Source of the DNA: Reclinomonas americana ATCC 50394
Taxonomy: Eukaryota
Direction: 5' to 3'
NCBI GenBank assembly: GCA_048213135.1
Contig: PS015213.1
Span: 1-64,000, forward strand
Length of the DNA: 64,000 nucleotides
The notes below the pieces were generated by a model. It was not told the DNA's origin and made no database searches. It saw nothing but the letters and a program-made list of their open reading frames with translations. This document shows, one piece after another, positions 26,701 through 39,900 of this stretch (positions are counted from its first letter, which is position 1; every line of letters begins with the position of its first letter). The translations under genes and the position numbers were made by a program.

Positions 26701-27911
26701 TAGCCGATGCGATATGTGGATGTGTGACTGTCGTGCGCAGGTGGATCCACGCTCGATTATACAGAACGAACCGCGCTACATCGCCTTCTTTGTCAACTTG
26801 TACAATCTGCTTGTTGCGTTTCACTCTATCAGCCACCAGCCCCGTGCTTCGCTGATAACGGGTTCTTCCTCACTCTCGCGTGCAGATGTTGCACGGTATA
26901 TTACTGCACGGGTATCCCAAGCGAGGATCGGCACGCAAAACATTCTTTGCCAACACCAAGTACAAGGTCGGCGAGTTTGTTCTGTCACTAGACGACATTC
27001 AGCATGGCATTTTGCGAGGTGGGTTGTCGGTTCAATCTCCTGCGGCCTTTTGTTGCTGTGCTCTCATTCTCGTGTGACAGGTGACCGCAACCGTCCTCAT
27101 GGAATGGGCAAGACGTACTTTTCCAAGCGCGACAAGGCTCGCGAGCTGCGCCTGCGGAATCCCAGTCCACTGCTCGTCTGTTGTCTGTCCACCTGCTCGG
27201 TGTCGAGTCCTGCCGTGTCCATCCTCAGGTAGATCAGCGAGCCAAGCCAATCCCACCCCGTTTGACAGTGCTCAACTAACTCTCCTTCCATCATCACGCA
27301 GATGGGACACCTACGACGTGTCGTTCCGCCGCGTGTGCTCCGAATTCATCGCCAAGGATGCGATTCTGGATCAGGAACGCCGCCTCGTTTCGTGTGAGAT
27401 GAAAGAATTGCGTGTCATATGCGAGTCTCGCCACTCATGCCTGTTTTGCAGGTCACCTTGCCGGCAGTGTTTTCGACCTATCGCGGTGACTTTGGCGGCA
27501 GCGACATTGAACTGCTGCGCAAGCTGTTGCCGTACATGACGCTGGCGCAGTCGATTGCGCTGCAGAATGCTCTGGACAGACATCTGATCGAGCAGAACAA
27601 GTTCAAGGTGCAGTATGCGAGCTACGACTGGGACCCGTGCGTGCGGTACGATCGAACTGCGTTTGATTTCAACCTCAGTTGCGTTTTTGCCACCCCATCG
27701 CCAGCTGCATTTCAGTGTTCCTCATGAGATACGTACGCTCCGCGCGCGCGCAGTGCAAACTGCAAGTGGGGCAAGCGGCTCCGGAAGCTCCCCTGGAAGC
27801 GGCGAGGGTGACGCTGATGAGGCAAGCGGCAGCCACCCCGACGTCCACGCCATTGTGAAGAGCTTTGGCGCGGTGCGCGACGGCACCAGACCACCGAGCA
27901 ATCGCAAGTGA
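20711..27911 (+). CDS. DENN-domain protein (putative Rab GEF) with GRAM-like and C-terminal DUF547-like domains
   Basis: ALLLERHVAVVSK..LIYPFRWVNPYMPLLP..SPVPVFMG (cDENN); FYVEFVSTMMFDDW (dDENN); GRLVFTNQRVLF (GRAM-like); IAFFVNLYN..SLDDIQHGILRG..LPAVFSTYRGDFG..YDW (DUF547-like). The start could be Met at 20840. Confidence 0.82.
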
Positions 27912-27970
27912 GATGAGGATGAGAGGATGATGATGATGATGATGATAGTATAGTATGTTTCGATTGTGTT

Positions 27971-30139
27971 TCATTCTTCTTGCTGGCCCGCCGATGGGGG
28001 ACGAACGTCGCCTTGAGCCACGAGGAAGTCGTACAGCTTGTTGGTCTTGTTGACACCTGCGAACCGGTATCAGCTACATGTGACAAGGATATTGCAAACG
28101 AGAGAAGAGGAGGTACCGATGCGGATCATGTCGCGTGCGGTGCGCTTCAGCAGGTAACCGTCCTTGTGATACTGAGTGACGAGTGCCTCGTGGAAGCGCA
28201 AAAAGTTCTCGGGAGTGATGCGGTTCTCGCGACAAAAGCGCTTCTGGACCTCAGTCAGCTCCTCGTATTGCGCAAACGTGTGCATCTGTGCATTGTAACA
28301 TCGCGTGGGTGCGACGGTGAGAGGCGACAGCAAGTAAGCAAGTAAAGCGGAACCTGTTTAAAATTCAGATGCTGCGCATGGGAGTGGTAGACGGCGTGCA
28401 CCTGGGCCACATCACTGTCACACACACACATAGCTTTGTCAGCAACGACCCTACAGCACAAAGAGACGTCGCAAGAGAGACCTGGCAGGAAACTCGTCGG
28501 TGCTGAACCGCACAATCTTCCGTGGCGGCAGTTGCGGAACGGCGGTACCGAGGAAAGAACCGGTGGCCTCGAGGAGCGCGAGAGTTGCTGTGGGAATCTG
28601 GTGAGAACACACACACACGCTCACGCGCGTGAGCGAGTGACCGCAACATTTCCTCTGCACGCGCATGGCGCCACTGTCGACAAACACGTCCATATTTCGC
28701 CGCCGATATCTGCACTCCACAATCAGTCACTGCCATCGGCAGGCGTACGCGCGATGACGCCACGTACCGCGCTTGCCGTTCCTCGATCGGCTCGATGCGG
28801 CTAACATCGTCGCGATTGACCTTGGCCACCACCGGCTCGAACTGACTCTGTTCGAGCTCGTCGCGTACAAGCGAGTACTCGTCGCTTGGTTCGTGAACCA
28901 GAACAATGCCGCGGCTGATCTCGTCGTTCGCATCCGCAGGATAGCCATTCTGAATGTACTCCTACGAAGAGAACCGCACAAGGAAGGATAGCGATGAGGA
29001 GGAAGCCGGCAGCGACATGACATTGCCGATCGACGAAACTCTCCTCGCCTGCAGCACCTGCTCGCGGATGGAGTGTGCAATCGGCACCAACCACTCGGTT
29101 CCGAGAGCCATCTCGGCGCACAGGCACGTGGCAAACTCTTCAGGGCTGGCATGCGGATTGTTAATGTCCCACTCAAAGTTGTCTTGCAACACCGTCAGGC
29201 CGATGCGCAGGTTCAGCTGAGCGAAACAAGTGAGCAGCTCATGAGAGAGACGGCACAGCGACGACAGAGATGCGCACCGAAATGTTGACACGAAAGGAGC
29301 GACCGACAGGCGCCGGGTGCGACAAGACACGAGCGGCGTACTCGATCTGACCACGACACGTCTCCGCCACCTGATGCATGTACTCGGAGGTCAATCGATA
29401 CTCGGTGGCCAGTCGCAGCACAAAGTTGTTGAGGCCCTCCTCGTACAGATGACGCGTCTCCTCCTCGTCCTCCTCTGCGTCACCTACAGTCGCGCGCGCA
29501 TCGTCGTTCAGCACATACGCACGAAGATACACACTCGCGCTGTGCATGCAAAAACCTCCCAGATCCCACAGAAACACATCCTGCAGTCGCCCCAACTCGC
29601 CGCAGTCAACGTCGAGTCGAATGGGGACCAGCCGATCAAACGAGCGGTAGGCGAACAACGGCCCTGCGGCAGCCGCAGCCGCCGCAGCCGACTCCTCAGC
29701 AGCAGCAGCAGCGGCCGCGCGCGATGGCCTGCCGCGCATGCCTTGCGACGATGATGCTGATGATGCCGATGCAGCATGCTCACCGGCGTGCTCACCGGCA
29801 TCCATGGGCGTGGCACTGCGCGAGACCTGCCACACACGCGTGTGCATCAGAGACAGTGGAGGCTTGAGTGCGTGTGTTTGCGTGTGTGAGAGTGACCTCG
29901 CGACTATCGCCATTGATGTTCTCCTCGTCATCTTCGTCGTCCATGTCACCGTCGTCCTCATCAAACTCCTCGCCGTCGTCGTCGCGAGGTGAGACGGCGC
30001 CAGAGGAGAGGCGACTGCTGTTCAGACTCTCGCCATCGCGCTCACTGCGCACTGCGGAGACTGAGCGGGAAAGAGAGTGAGCAGGAGCAGGAGATTGTGC
30101 AGAGGACTGTGCACACAAACCATCGTCATCCACGTCCAT
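27971..30139 (-). CDS. SNF5/SFH1-family chromatin remodeller subunit with C-terminal ADA2-type SWIRM domain
   Basis: LVPIRLDVD..LQDVFLWD; LQDNFEWDINN..SPEEFATCLCAEMALG..IAHSIREQ; C-terminal LTEVQKRFC..ITPENFL..ARDMIRIG/VNKTNKLYDFL. Confidence 0.82.
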
Positions 30140-30297
30140 TGTGACACGCAGCGACAACGAGTTGTCTTGCGGATTGATGGTCGGATTGATTGTGTGTGGC
30201 GGGAATGCAAGCAACGGGACAGGGGACTCGTAGTTGCTTTGTTTAATGAATTCATGGTGTGCCCGAGGCGTACGCCACATGAGCAAACGTGGCTGGC

Positions 30298-33020
30298 TCA
30301 GGGCTTCACCAGGTGGTTCTTCTCCGGCTCCAGGAAGTGCTCAATCATGGCCTGTTCGACGGCCTCGGATCGCACACGAGCCGTGGCGGCGTCGGGGCCC
30401 GAGCACTCCACATAGTACTTCAGCTTGGGCTCGGTGCCCGAGTTGCGCAGCGTCACCGTGCCGCCGCCCTCCACCGTGTATGTGATCATCTGCAGTGCAT
30501 GAACGAAGGCAGGTGAGACAGATGCTTATGGGAACGTGAAGAAACGAGGAACGTGCCTGGCTGTCGGTGACCAGCGGCAGGCGCGACTTGTGATCCTCGA
30601 ATGCATCGTCGAAACCGAGCGTAACGTCACGAATGTTCTTCGCACTGCGTGCGTGGTCAGACGAGAGGCAGCGCCGACAACAAATTTCACGACTGGCTCA
30701 CCGGTAGGGTCCGAATTCACGCAAGTATCCGCCATCCGGACCGCCGGTGCGCAGGCGCTTGAACACGGCATCCGAGTCCTCGGTGTGGTAGCAGAAAAAG
30801 TACTTGTTGATCATGTGGAAGTAGCCGTATCTGCAGCAGAAGGGTCAGTGCAATGCGTCGACGGAGAGCGCCACGTCGATGCATCACGCAACTTGCGGTA
30901 CATGTTGTCCAAATGTTGCCTGACCGAGATGCCCTGTCGCTTCAGATCCAGCACCAGCTCCGTCATGATGGCGGCCGTGCGCAGGCCGTCCTTGTCCAGG
31001 TTCAGGTCGCCGACCAGGAACCCTAACACAACGAAGTGTCAGCAGCATGCTGCCACCCAACGACGACGCTACAGTGACACGAGCTCTCACCGAGTTCCAC
31101 CTCGTAGGCAAACAGGAAGTGATAGCCACGACGCACGTACTCGTCGGCCTTGTTGCCCATCCACTTGAATCCAGTCAGCGTGTCGGCAAACTCGAATCCC
31201 TCCGCGTCGGCCATGGCTTTCAAAAACTTGGACGACACCGTGCTCGCCACCATCACCGCCGAGCCTGCTCGCAGACAACGGGTATCTCCGTCAGCTTAAG
31301 CTAAGAGACGAGGAAAGCGCAACGTGCAAACCTGGCTCCTTGTCGGCGTTGCGCTCGCGCCACATGCGCCATGCATACTCGGCAAACAGGTTGGCGATTT
31401 CGTTGCCATTCAACACGTACCACGTGCCACTGCTCACACACACACGCGCGCGCCAAGCATCGTGAGTACATGAGGTAGTCAACAGCGCAGCAGAAAGTCC
31501 TCGCAACTTCTCCTGCACCGCCACGGCCAGTCGATCGGCGTCGGGGTCGTTGGCCACCACATAATCGGCACCCACCTCAGTGGCCGTCTTGATTGCCAGA
31601 TCCTGTCGCACCTCACCTCAGTGTCAACGTTTCTCGTCATTGCTACTATACACACACACACTGCACAACGCACCATGGCACCCTTCTCCTCGGGATTAGG
31701 GAAGCGCACAGTGGGGAATTCGGGATCGGGATTGATCTGTTCGACCGTGGGAATGTACGGTGGCAGGCCAAATGCCTCGAACGCTCGCGCCACAAACGGC
31801 GCACCAACACCGTGCATGGCCGTGTACACCACCTTCATGTCGGATTGCTGGTTCTGCGAGCTGTGCACAGTGTCTCGCAGTGAGCGGATACGGCAGAGAG
31901 AAATATGCAATCAAATAAAGCCGACACACACCGCTTGTGGCAGTACTCGTCATGCACGGCCTTGAAATACGCGTCGCACACCTCGTCAAACGGATCGTGA
32001 CACAGCGCCGAATCACGCACATGCTCCGCCTGCTCGTACACACCCGCCCATGGCTCCTGATTTTCCTCAATGCGCTTCGCGATGCCGGCGTCGTGAGGCG
32101 GAATGATCTGCAGGCATGCAACAGTGAGGCGTGCAGGCCACACAGCGCGAGAGACTGCGTGTCGAGTCCACACCTGGCACCCATTCTCCCAGTACACCTT
32201 GTAGCCGTTGTCGGCTTTCGGGTTGTGGCTCGCCGTGACCATGACACCGGCCACCGTCTGTAGCTTGCGCACTCCGTACGCCTGCACAGAGCCATCAGCA
32301 ACACGAAGCGAAAGAGCAGAAAGAGAGAGAGAGAGAAGAGACACAAACGCACCACCATCGGCGTCGCCACAATCTTGGAGAAGAGATGCACACGCGCGCC
32401 ACGTTGCACAAACACCGACGCTGTCAAGCGAGCATACTCGAGCGAATGGTGCCGCGCATCGTGACCAATCACAATGCCGCGGTTGCGCACAGTCTCCTCG
32501 CCAAACACATCACACAGATGCACAAACAGACCCTACCACGCAGCAATGATGAACAGCACAGCTCGCACAAGAGAAAAGAGAGAGAGAAAAAAGATGCGCA
32601 CCTGCGTCGCCTGCATGATAATGAGACCATTCATGCGATTGAAGCCGGCCTCCATGCGTCCACGCAAGCCTGCACCCAACGCAACGCATCAGTCGCTGAC
32701 GAGAGAGAGTGCGCGCAAGCAAGAGAGAGCGAGACAGACCTGCAGTTCCAAATGCAATGCGCTTGCCCAATCGCGCACGCAGCTCCTCTGTCGCCGACTC
32801 ACGCGTGCTGGCCTCGCTCACCGCCGCCTCTGCATCTTCACCAAGCGCAATGCCTGCACGCACCGCCAGCTGACGAATCTGCTCACGCGTGTCCGGGTCG
32901 CGATCTGCACAAGAGCATGAGCATGAGCGCGCGTGCGTATGTGTGTGTGCATGTCTGATGCACGCAACCAAGCGCAAGCCACGAGTGGACCAGTTGTGCA
33001 AGCTCAGGCGACGAACTCAT
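30298..33020 (-). CDS. PGM2: Phosphoglucomutase-2 / phosphopentomutase (multi-exon)
   Basis: [74 protein letters not shown]. Confidence 0.95.
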
Positions 33021-33066
33021 GACGAAAGTGATCGACGGATGAGCGATCGACTGTTCGTTCTTTGCG

Positions 33067-34264
33067 ATGCTAGTGTCGGCGAGCGTGAACGCAGTCGGTC
33101 GTCGTGCATTCCCGCGTGCACTGGTCATTGCTGGGCCGTCGGGTGTCGGCAAGGGAACCGTGGTGCGCGCTCTGCTCAATCTCTTCCCGTCGCGGTTCGG
33201 CTTTAGTGTGTCGCACACGTCGCGTCTGCCGCGGCCTGGTGAGGTGTGCTTCGAGCGGCAAGGGAGGAGCAATCGCGCCCAGTCTCTTAAGGGGGGTTTC
33301 CGTTTGAGCGCACAGGTGGATGGACAGCATTATCACTTTGTGACGCCGAGCAATGCCGATGCGTGGTTTGATGGGGCGTGGTCGCGTGGAGAGCTCCTCG
33401 AGCGGGCCAAGGTGCACGGCAACTGGTATGCCACGTCGCGTGCGGCGGTCGATGCGGTCGCCGACACGGGCAGGATTTGTGTGCTCGACATTGATGTGCA
33501 GGGTGCGAAGCAGGTTTGTACGTCGCCGAGCAAAGCTGTCAGTGTGTGTGTGTGTGTGCGCGCGCCAGGGTGTGATGGATGTGGTGCAGGTGCGCGCTTC
33601 TGGTCTGCCGGCGTTGTTTGTGTGGATCTCCCCGCCCACTGGCAAGCACTTGGAGCAACGACTGCGTGGCAGGGGCACGGAGACAGAGGCGCAGATCAAA
33701 CTGCGCCTGCAGAACGGAGAGCGCGAGAGCAAGGAAGCGCAGACAGCGGGATTGTTTGATGTGCAAGTGGTGAACGACACGGTGGAGGACGCCGTGCGCC
33801 GTGTGGCGTACGCGGCCATGCCAGTGGTGCTGCCGGCGGCGATGCGTGAGCAGTCGTTGTGGGTGCCGTCGGCGGTCCGTGGCACACTGCGACTCGACGG
33901 TGGACAGCTGACGGCCGTGATGTGGAAAGTGACGTCGCTCCATCGCCTAGGCCCCAGGCACATAATGTTGACCATCGTGTTCTTGTTCCACGTTGACGAA
34001 CCACTACTGCCGCTGGCGCAGCAACAAGTGCACTCCGACGCACTGATGGACTTGCTCACCAAGGCGCACCACGTGCAGAGTGCGGACCCAACGTTGCGCC
34101 TGTGGAGTGCGCTCACTGCCGAGGAGAAACGTCTGGCCCTGGCCATCCACGCCGGCTGCAGTTTCATGGATATTAGTGATTTCCACTCACCGACTCCAGT
34201 GTTCGTGGACGGCGCGGAACCGAAGACCCTCGTCAAGACTACAAGCATCGTTGCCAGGGACTAG
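33067..34264 (+). CDS. gmk: Guanylate kinase with unknown C-terminal extension
   Basis: GPSGVGKGT, FSVSHTSRLPRPGE/VDGQHYHFV, VHGNWY, LDIDVQGAKQ, LEQRLRGRGTET. Confidence 0.9.
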
Positions 34265-34416
34265 CGAGTGGATCTGTAAAATGTCGTGGTGTAGTCTGTG
34301 TGTGGTGCACTCGCTTTCACTGGCACTGATTGCGGTAAGATGTGAACAAACACGGCATTGGAGACGCAGTCACAACGAGGAGGAGGAGGAGGAAGAGGAG
34401 GCGCGGCAAGAGAGCA

Positions 34417-35910
34417 TTACATCTTGCTGTAACCGGTACCGCCAGAGCCCATCGCGCCGTACCCAGGAGGGGCCGACGGAACCGCCGTGCCGTATCCACC
34501 CTGCCCAGAGGGATCGTGGTAGGGGTAGCCGGGCGGAGGAGCCGGGTAGCCTTGCTGGTAGCCAGGTGGCGGCGGGGCGGCGGGATAGGCCGCTGCCGGT
34601 GGGGCCTGCTGGTAGCCCATCGTCATCTGCGGCGCCATGTTCATCTGCGGCGAGATGGTCGGCGACACTGTCACGTTGATGTTGTTCACACTCGGGCCGG
34701 CGTTGGTAGAGGCACTCTGTCCGCCCAAGATGTTGCCCACGGTATTCCTCGGCTTCCTCGCGCCCATGTCGGTGGCGTTGTACTTGAGCTCGCGAGCCAG
34801 CTGGCACACGCTGCATCGTCTGGCGTAAGAGAGAACGTGCGAACTACAAAGCGTGACCGCAGCGACTTACCGGCACTGGTAGCAGAAGACGCCTGCAAAA
34901 GAAAAATGATATCGATTTCGGTCATGTTCTGATAATAATACTCAAAGTGCTGCAGTGCGCGTGCAGCCTTACCGATGAGGCAGTCAGTGCAGCTGTCACC
35001 ACCCTCGTAGCCGAGGTTGCTGCGGATGATTTGCGGATGATCGCAGGCAGTGAGATAGCAGCCCTGCAGTTCGAACAGCACAACATTGATATACTTCAGT
35101 CCGACGACATGAAATGAATGACGAAAGCAGGAGTGACGCAACGGGCTGTATCCGGATCCGACACGATCACGTACGCCAAGCCGATGTGAGGGATATAGTT
35201 CATACGAAGCACAGGTGTTTGCTGACAAGGACAACAATAGGCGACGCAACAATGGCACAGAAGCAGTGGTCTGCGAGTTTTACAGTGAGCAGCAGTGCGT
35301 GTGAAGAAGAGGCGAGATGACGCAGATACGCGTGCATGCACACCTGCACAGCACATTCCGCCCACCGTCCCTTCGCCCCAGGTCACGGCATCGCCGCGAG
35401 CCAGCTGCTGCACCGCTGAGAACACCAACAACACGTCATTTTTCCGACGACGGAACACAAGGAAAGATCTAGAGAAACAAACTGCAGACTCACCGTAGTG
35501 GTTGCGACCAATCTGGCAGCACCGAGTCAAGCTGTGTGCGTGTGTGTACGGGCGAAGAGTTAGTGATGCGAAGGAGAGGCTTTGGCCTAGGCTGGGGACA
35601 TGTGCGTGGTGGGGTGACATGTACATGGCTCCCCCCTCTCCCTGCCCCGCTACAAACAGGGATCGCAGTGGCGTGCACGGAGGAGCAGTCAGAGGAGAAG
35701 AAAGAGTACAAGAAGCGGAGAGTGTACAGTAGGAGGAGGGAGCAAAAGCCTACGCCGACGAGAGAGTATACAAATCCTGGACTCAAAACTGCTTCGCGAT
35801 CGATGATATTACGCACGGCAAGTGCGTGCAGCGCGACAGACAACTCACCAGCACCACGTGCAGCAGCAGATGCCCATGTCATCGAAACAACCGAACAAGC
35901 TCTCCTTCAT
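34417..35910 (-). CDS. PLAC8/cornifelin-family Cys-rich protein with Pro/Gly/Tyr-rich tail
   Basis: MKESLFGCFDDMGICCCTWC..IGRN..IRSNLGYEGGDSCTDCLI/GVFCYQC/RVCQLARELK. One internal exon is not resolved. Confidence 0.8.
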
Positions 35911-36206
35911 GATGTCGACAATGCAAGTGGGGGACGCAATTATTGACGCCGCCGCGCGTGACTCGCGCAAATCGAAATTAAGAAACGCATGCAAAGCGCG
36001 GGATTTACGGTGCATGACTCTTGCTGTGGATGTGATCGCCCTGGCGCAGTGCTGGATGGCACACACAAGGGGAGTGCTGCTATGCGGGGAAGGTACGCAT
36101 TATCATTTTACATTCTCTATGATTGCGATCTCGCGATCGATCTATGATGGTGGTGGTGGTTCTTTTTCTCTTGTTGTCTGTGTGGCACAGTACGCGTCTG
36201 CTCTGC

Positions 36207-36601
36207 TCAGTGCGCCTCGTGTGGTGCGGCGGCCGAGGAGCCAGACGTGGAGGCTGTATGCAAGCAGGGTGTGTGAGTGATATCGCTGGGCGATCGCGAT
36301 CAGAACAATCACAACCAACCTGCACCGTCGTCGAAGAAGGGCGAGCGCTTCTTCATAAAGGGTGGCGACTCGTCGGGCGTCCCCGGCGAACTGACAGGCG
36401 ACGCACGCGAGAGGCCGTCGATCCACGCAAAGGCCGGAGGTGGTGCCTGTGAGAGCGGCGAGGCCCTCTGTGTGGATGTGTGTGTGTGTGAGAGACCGAG
36501 AGTGTTGAGCAAGGCAGAGGGAGCACACGCACCAGTGCCAGCATCTCCTGGCGGCTGTACGTGTGACGCGAGCGGGGAGTGGTGGGAGCGCTGGTCGACA
36601 T
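36207..36601 (-). CDS. Small eIF4E-binding-protein-like (4E-BP-like) protein
   Basis: Spliced product MSTSAPTTPRSRHTYSRQEMLAL|RASPLSQAPP.. with several SP/TP sites; resembles the YxxxxL-phi + R.SP...PP core. The last exon is tentative. Confidence 0.6.
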
Positions 36602-36999
36602 GAGTGTGTGATGTGTGTGTGTGTGTGCGTGCGTGTGTGTGTTGTGTTTGACTCGATCTCTCTCCCACTCCTTCTCCTCTCCTCTCTCTCTCTCTCTCCT
36701 CAAGCGAAACGCAGCAGCAACCGACTTCGGGTGCAACCAGCCTCTTTGTTGCGTTTCGAGCTTGTCCATCAATGAGTGTCCAAAATCGCGCGGACAAATT
36801 AATTCGTTCGCCACCACACGACATGGTGGTCTTCACACGTTCTTCCGACGTGCGCGCCGCGGTCTGTCTGCGACGCAACATGCATGCGCGCCACCACACA
36901 CACATTTCGAATGTTACAGAAGAAAAAACGGCAATCGATTCGAACACGACAAGCATATGCCGTGCGCGCCTCGTTTTCACACAAAAACGACGAATTCAA

Positions 37000-39900
37000 T
37001 TATTCTTCGCCTCGCCACCTCAGTCTAGCCAACAGCGGCACGTGGTCGCTGGGGAAGCGCGAGTTGGGCAGTGTGTTGCCCTCGGCCGACATGCAGCTGA
37101 CCGACGGCACATCCAGAACCGCCACCGGCATCAGTCCATCGGTGCTGATGAAAATGTAATCGAGGCACTCCTGCATGCACATATCATCATCAGCATCATC
37201 AGCCAATCACCACTGTACCTTCCACCCCACCCACCCAACCGATACAAATCAACCACCTTCACCCTCCCCCTTCCCTCCCCCCACAAAAGAATACCAACCG
37301 AAAACTTTTGCGTCCAGTTCGTCGCGCGTGGCTCCTGCTCCAACACCAAGCGGTACGTGCTGTCCAGCGGCATGTTGTGCGCGAACGGCGGACGAGCCTC
37401 TCCATCGCCATCGCCATCTTCGTCCGTGTCCATGGCGTGCACATTGAAGAGGTTGACGCGGTTGAGGCGGATCTCGCTGAGCATCTGCAGGTCCTCGTGC
37501 GTCGGGGCGAGCTGCGCGCGGCGACCACACAAAAATGAATCAAAATAAATGGACGATCCGTGCGCAGCAAGCCACCAACGGCACACACGCAACATGCCCC
37601 TCCTGAATCAACTCGTACGCGCCATCACACGGCATAATGTTCAGGTCGCCGGCGAAAATCACCGGCAGTGGGGTGCTGTCCTCGGGTGCTTCGACTGCGT
37701 TGATCAGACGGCCGCCGCGGCACCATTCGCGACGCCAGCGCTCCATCTCACGCAGGCACACGTATGCCTGCACAGTCGGCACGTGCTTTCGTCTCCAGTC
37801 GGGCGACAAGTGCGCCGTACACACCAGCACGTGGTGTTCGGTGGCGCGGTGTCGCAGCAGCGTGAATAGCGCAACGTGATCGTACGAGTGCATGTTGGAC
37901 TGTAAAACACACAAACAGAGAAGCGTGTGAGCGCAGGAAAAAAGACAATAAAGATCCAGCTCATTCTCCTCCAGTACCTTGTAGTCGTCGATCGAGGAGA
38001 ACAACTTGCTCAGGTGCAGAGCAATAATGATCTCCTCTTGCGCCACCAACTCGAACGCATCGACTTTGAAGAAGATCTGCCGGCCGGTAGTCACAACGGC
38101 TGACAAACAAAAGCGCACACACAAGGCGGGAGGAACACAAACCGCATTGCCAATGGTCACATCCGAGTTTTGCTTGCCACGTCGATTCGTCTTGCGAATG
38201 TGGTGGCCCGAGTAGCCGGCCTGTTCCAGGAACTCGAGGAAGAATGCTGCGTGATTTCCAGTCGCCTCCTGCCGTAGTCGTCAGCACAAGCACACACACA
38301 CGCGTGCGTGCGGGGGGACTCACCGGGTCGTCTCTCCAGTTGCGCGTGCTCTGCATTTCCTGCAGACACAAAATGTCGGGCGAGTGGTACAAAATCTCGC
38401 TCTTGATCAGTCGTCTCCGGTAGGCCCACGCTGCAGCGATGCGCGTGCAGGGTGAGCAAAGAATGAAAACCCCGACAACGCCACAAAGACGCACTCATGT
38501 ACTCGGCCTTGACGCCGGGGAACCAATCGGGACGAGCCAGGTAGTCAGCCAGCACCTGCACAATGCCACGAAGACCGTTGGCGAGATGCAGCGAGAAAAT
38601 GGTGTGCATGCACACGTAACATTGTATGTCATCAGCGTAAAAGTCAGCGGCTGTGGTGGCGGTGTGGCTGGCATGAGAGCTGCGGCAGCGTGAGCTCACA
38701 TGCCCACTCTACCACGAATTGTACAGAAACAATGCACGCAACTTCGCAGTTCATCAAAATCGGCAGCACACGCCACCATGCGCCTCAACTCGGGCAAACG
38801 AGCCTTCCTTCGCACCATGCGCTCCTCGTGGCTCAACTCCAGCACCGATGATCCTCGCAGCGCATACACCGTCACCTGCTCAGGCGACTGCTCGCACTCG
38901 GCCTCGCGACAGATGCTGCGCATACGCGTTAGCTCCCCACAGCAGTACCTCATTTGCACCGAGTCGTACACACGCAACGTCTCGATGGTGGGCAGCCTCG
39001 CCAGAGAAGCCACGCTGACGAATCCGCGCGGATGTCTCTGCATGATGCTGCGTAGTGTGGCGTCGTACAGCACATTGGTGTCGCTGAACCAGAACTCGAT
39101 CTGGCGTCGGACCTGTCGGTGCACGGCCAAGTCGGTTTGTCGCTGCATGTATTGCGACAAGTCCGCCAGCCTGTACGCTACGTTCACACGTGTTTCTTTT
39201 TTGTTGGTGCTCAAGACGCACTCCATCACTCGCAGACACGGGGAGCAAACCTCGACGACGACCGATCCAGCCGCCCTCGCCCGCTGAGAAGAGCACAGGG
39301 GAGCGCCGTGTGGCGAGAGCGAGATCGTCGCGAGTGGCCTGCATCTTGGTGAGGCGGCGGAACTCCAGCAGGTCGCCAGCGCGCACAACACCCGCGTGCG
39401 AGTCGGCCAGCTGCGCCGGAAACTTGCACGTCTCGATCAGCTGACGCAAATGGGCGTCGCCGGCGAGGTTGTCGTCGGAGAACCAAAACTCGAGTTGCCG
39501 CTGTACGGCCTCCAGACGCGGGAGTGGGCGCATGCGACTGCCGACCACATCCATGTGCACGTACGGCGACGAGGCCAGCGCGTGCGACAGATCCGGATGC
39601 GCGACCGCCTGCACGGCACTGCCTCCAGCCGCCGCCGTGACATCGGCACCCGTGCGCCCGTCGTCGCCCACCATGGGAAACTCGTCGTCACTCTTTGCCG
39701 CCAAGTGCGCCGTGGCTCGCAGCGCCTCCTGCACCGCCGGCACCGCCGCCACATCCGCCAGCGCCACAAAGCCCTCACCGTCGCACTTGGCCAGCATTGC
39801 CGCCATCACTTCATCGCCGCCGCCACCATCGCCAGCAGCACTACTCCCGCCACGGGCACTCACCAACGCACGCAGCATGGCCTCCTCAATCACGTGACGC

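Noticed and set aside
28086-28094. ATATCCTT on the minus strand as a second U12 donor
   Set aside because: It lies inside an ordinary GT-AG intron that already restores IRIG|VNKT.
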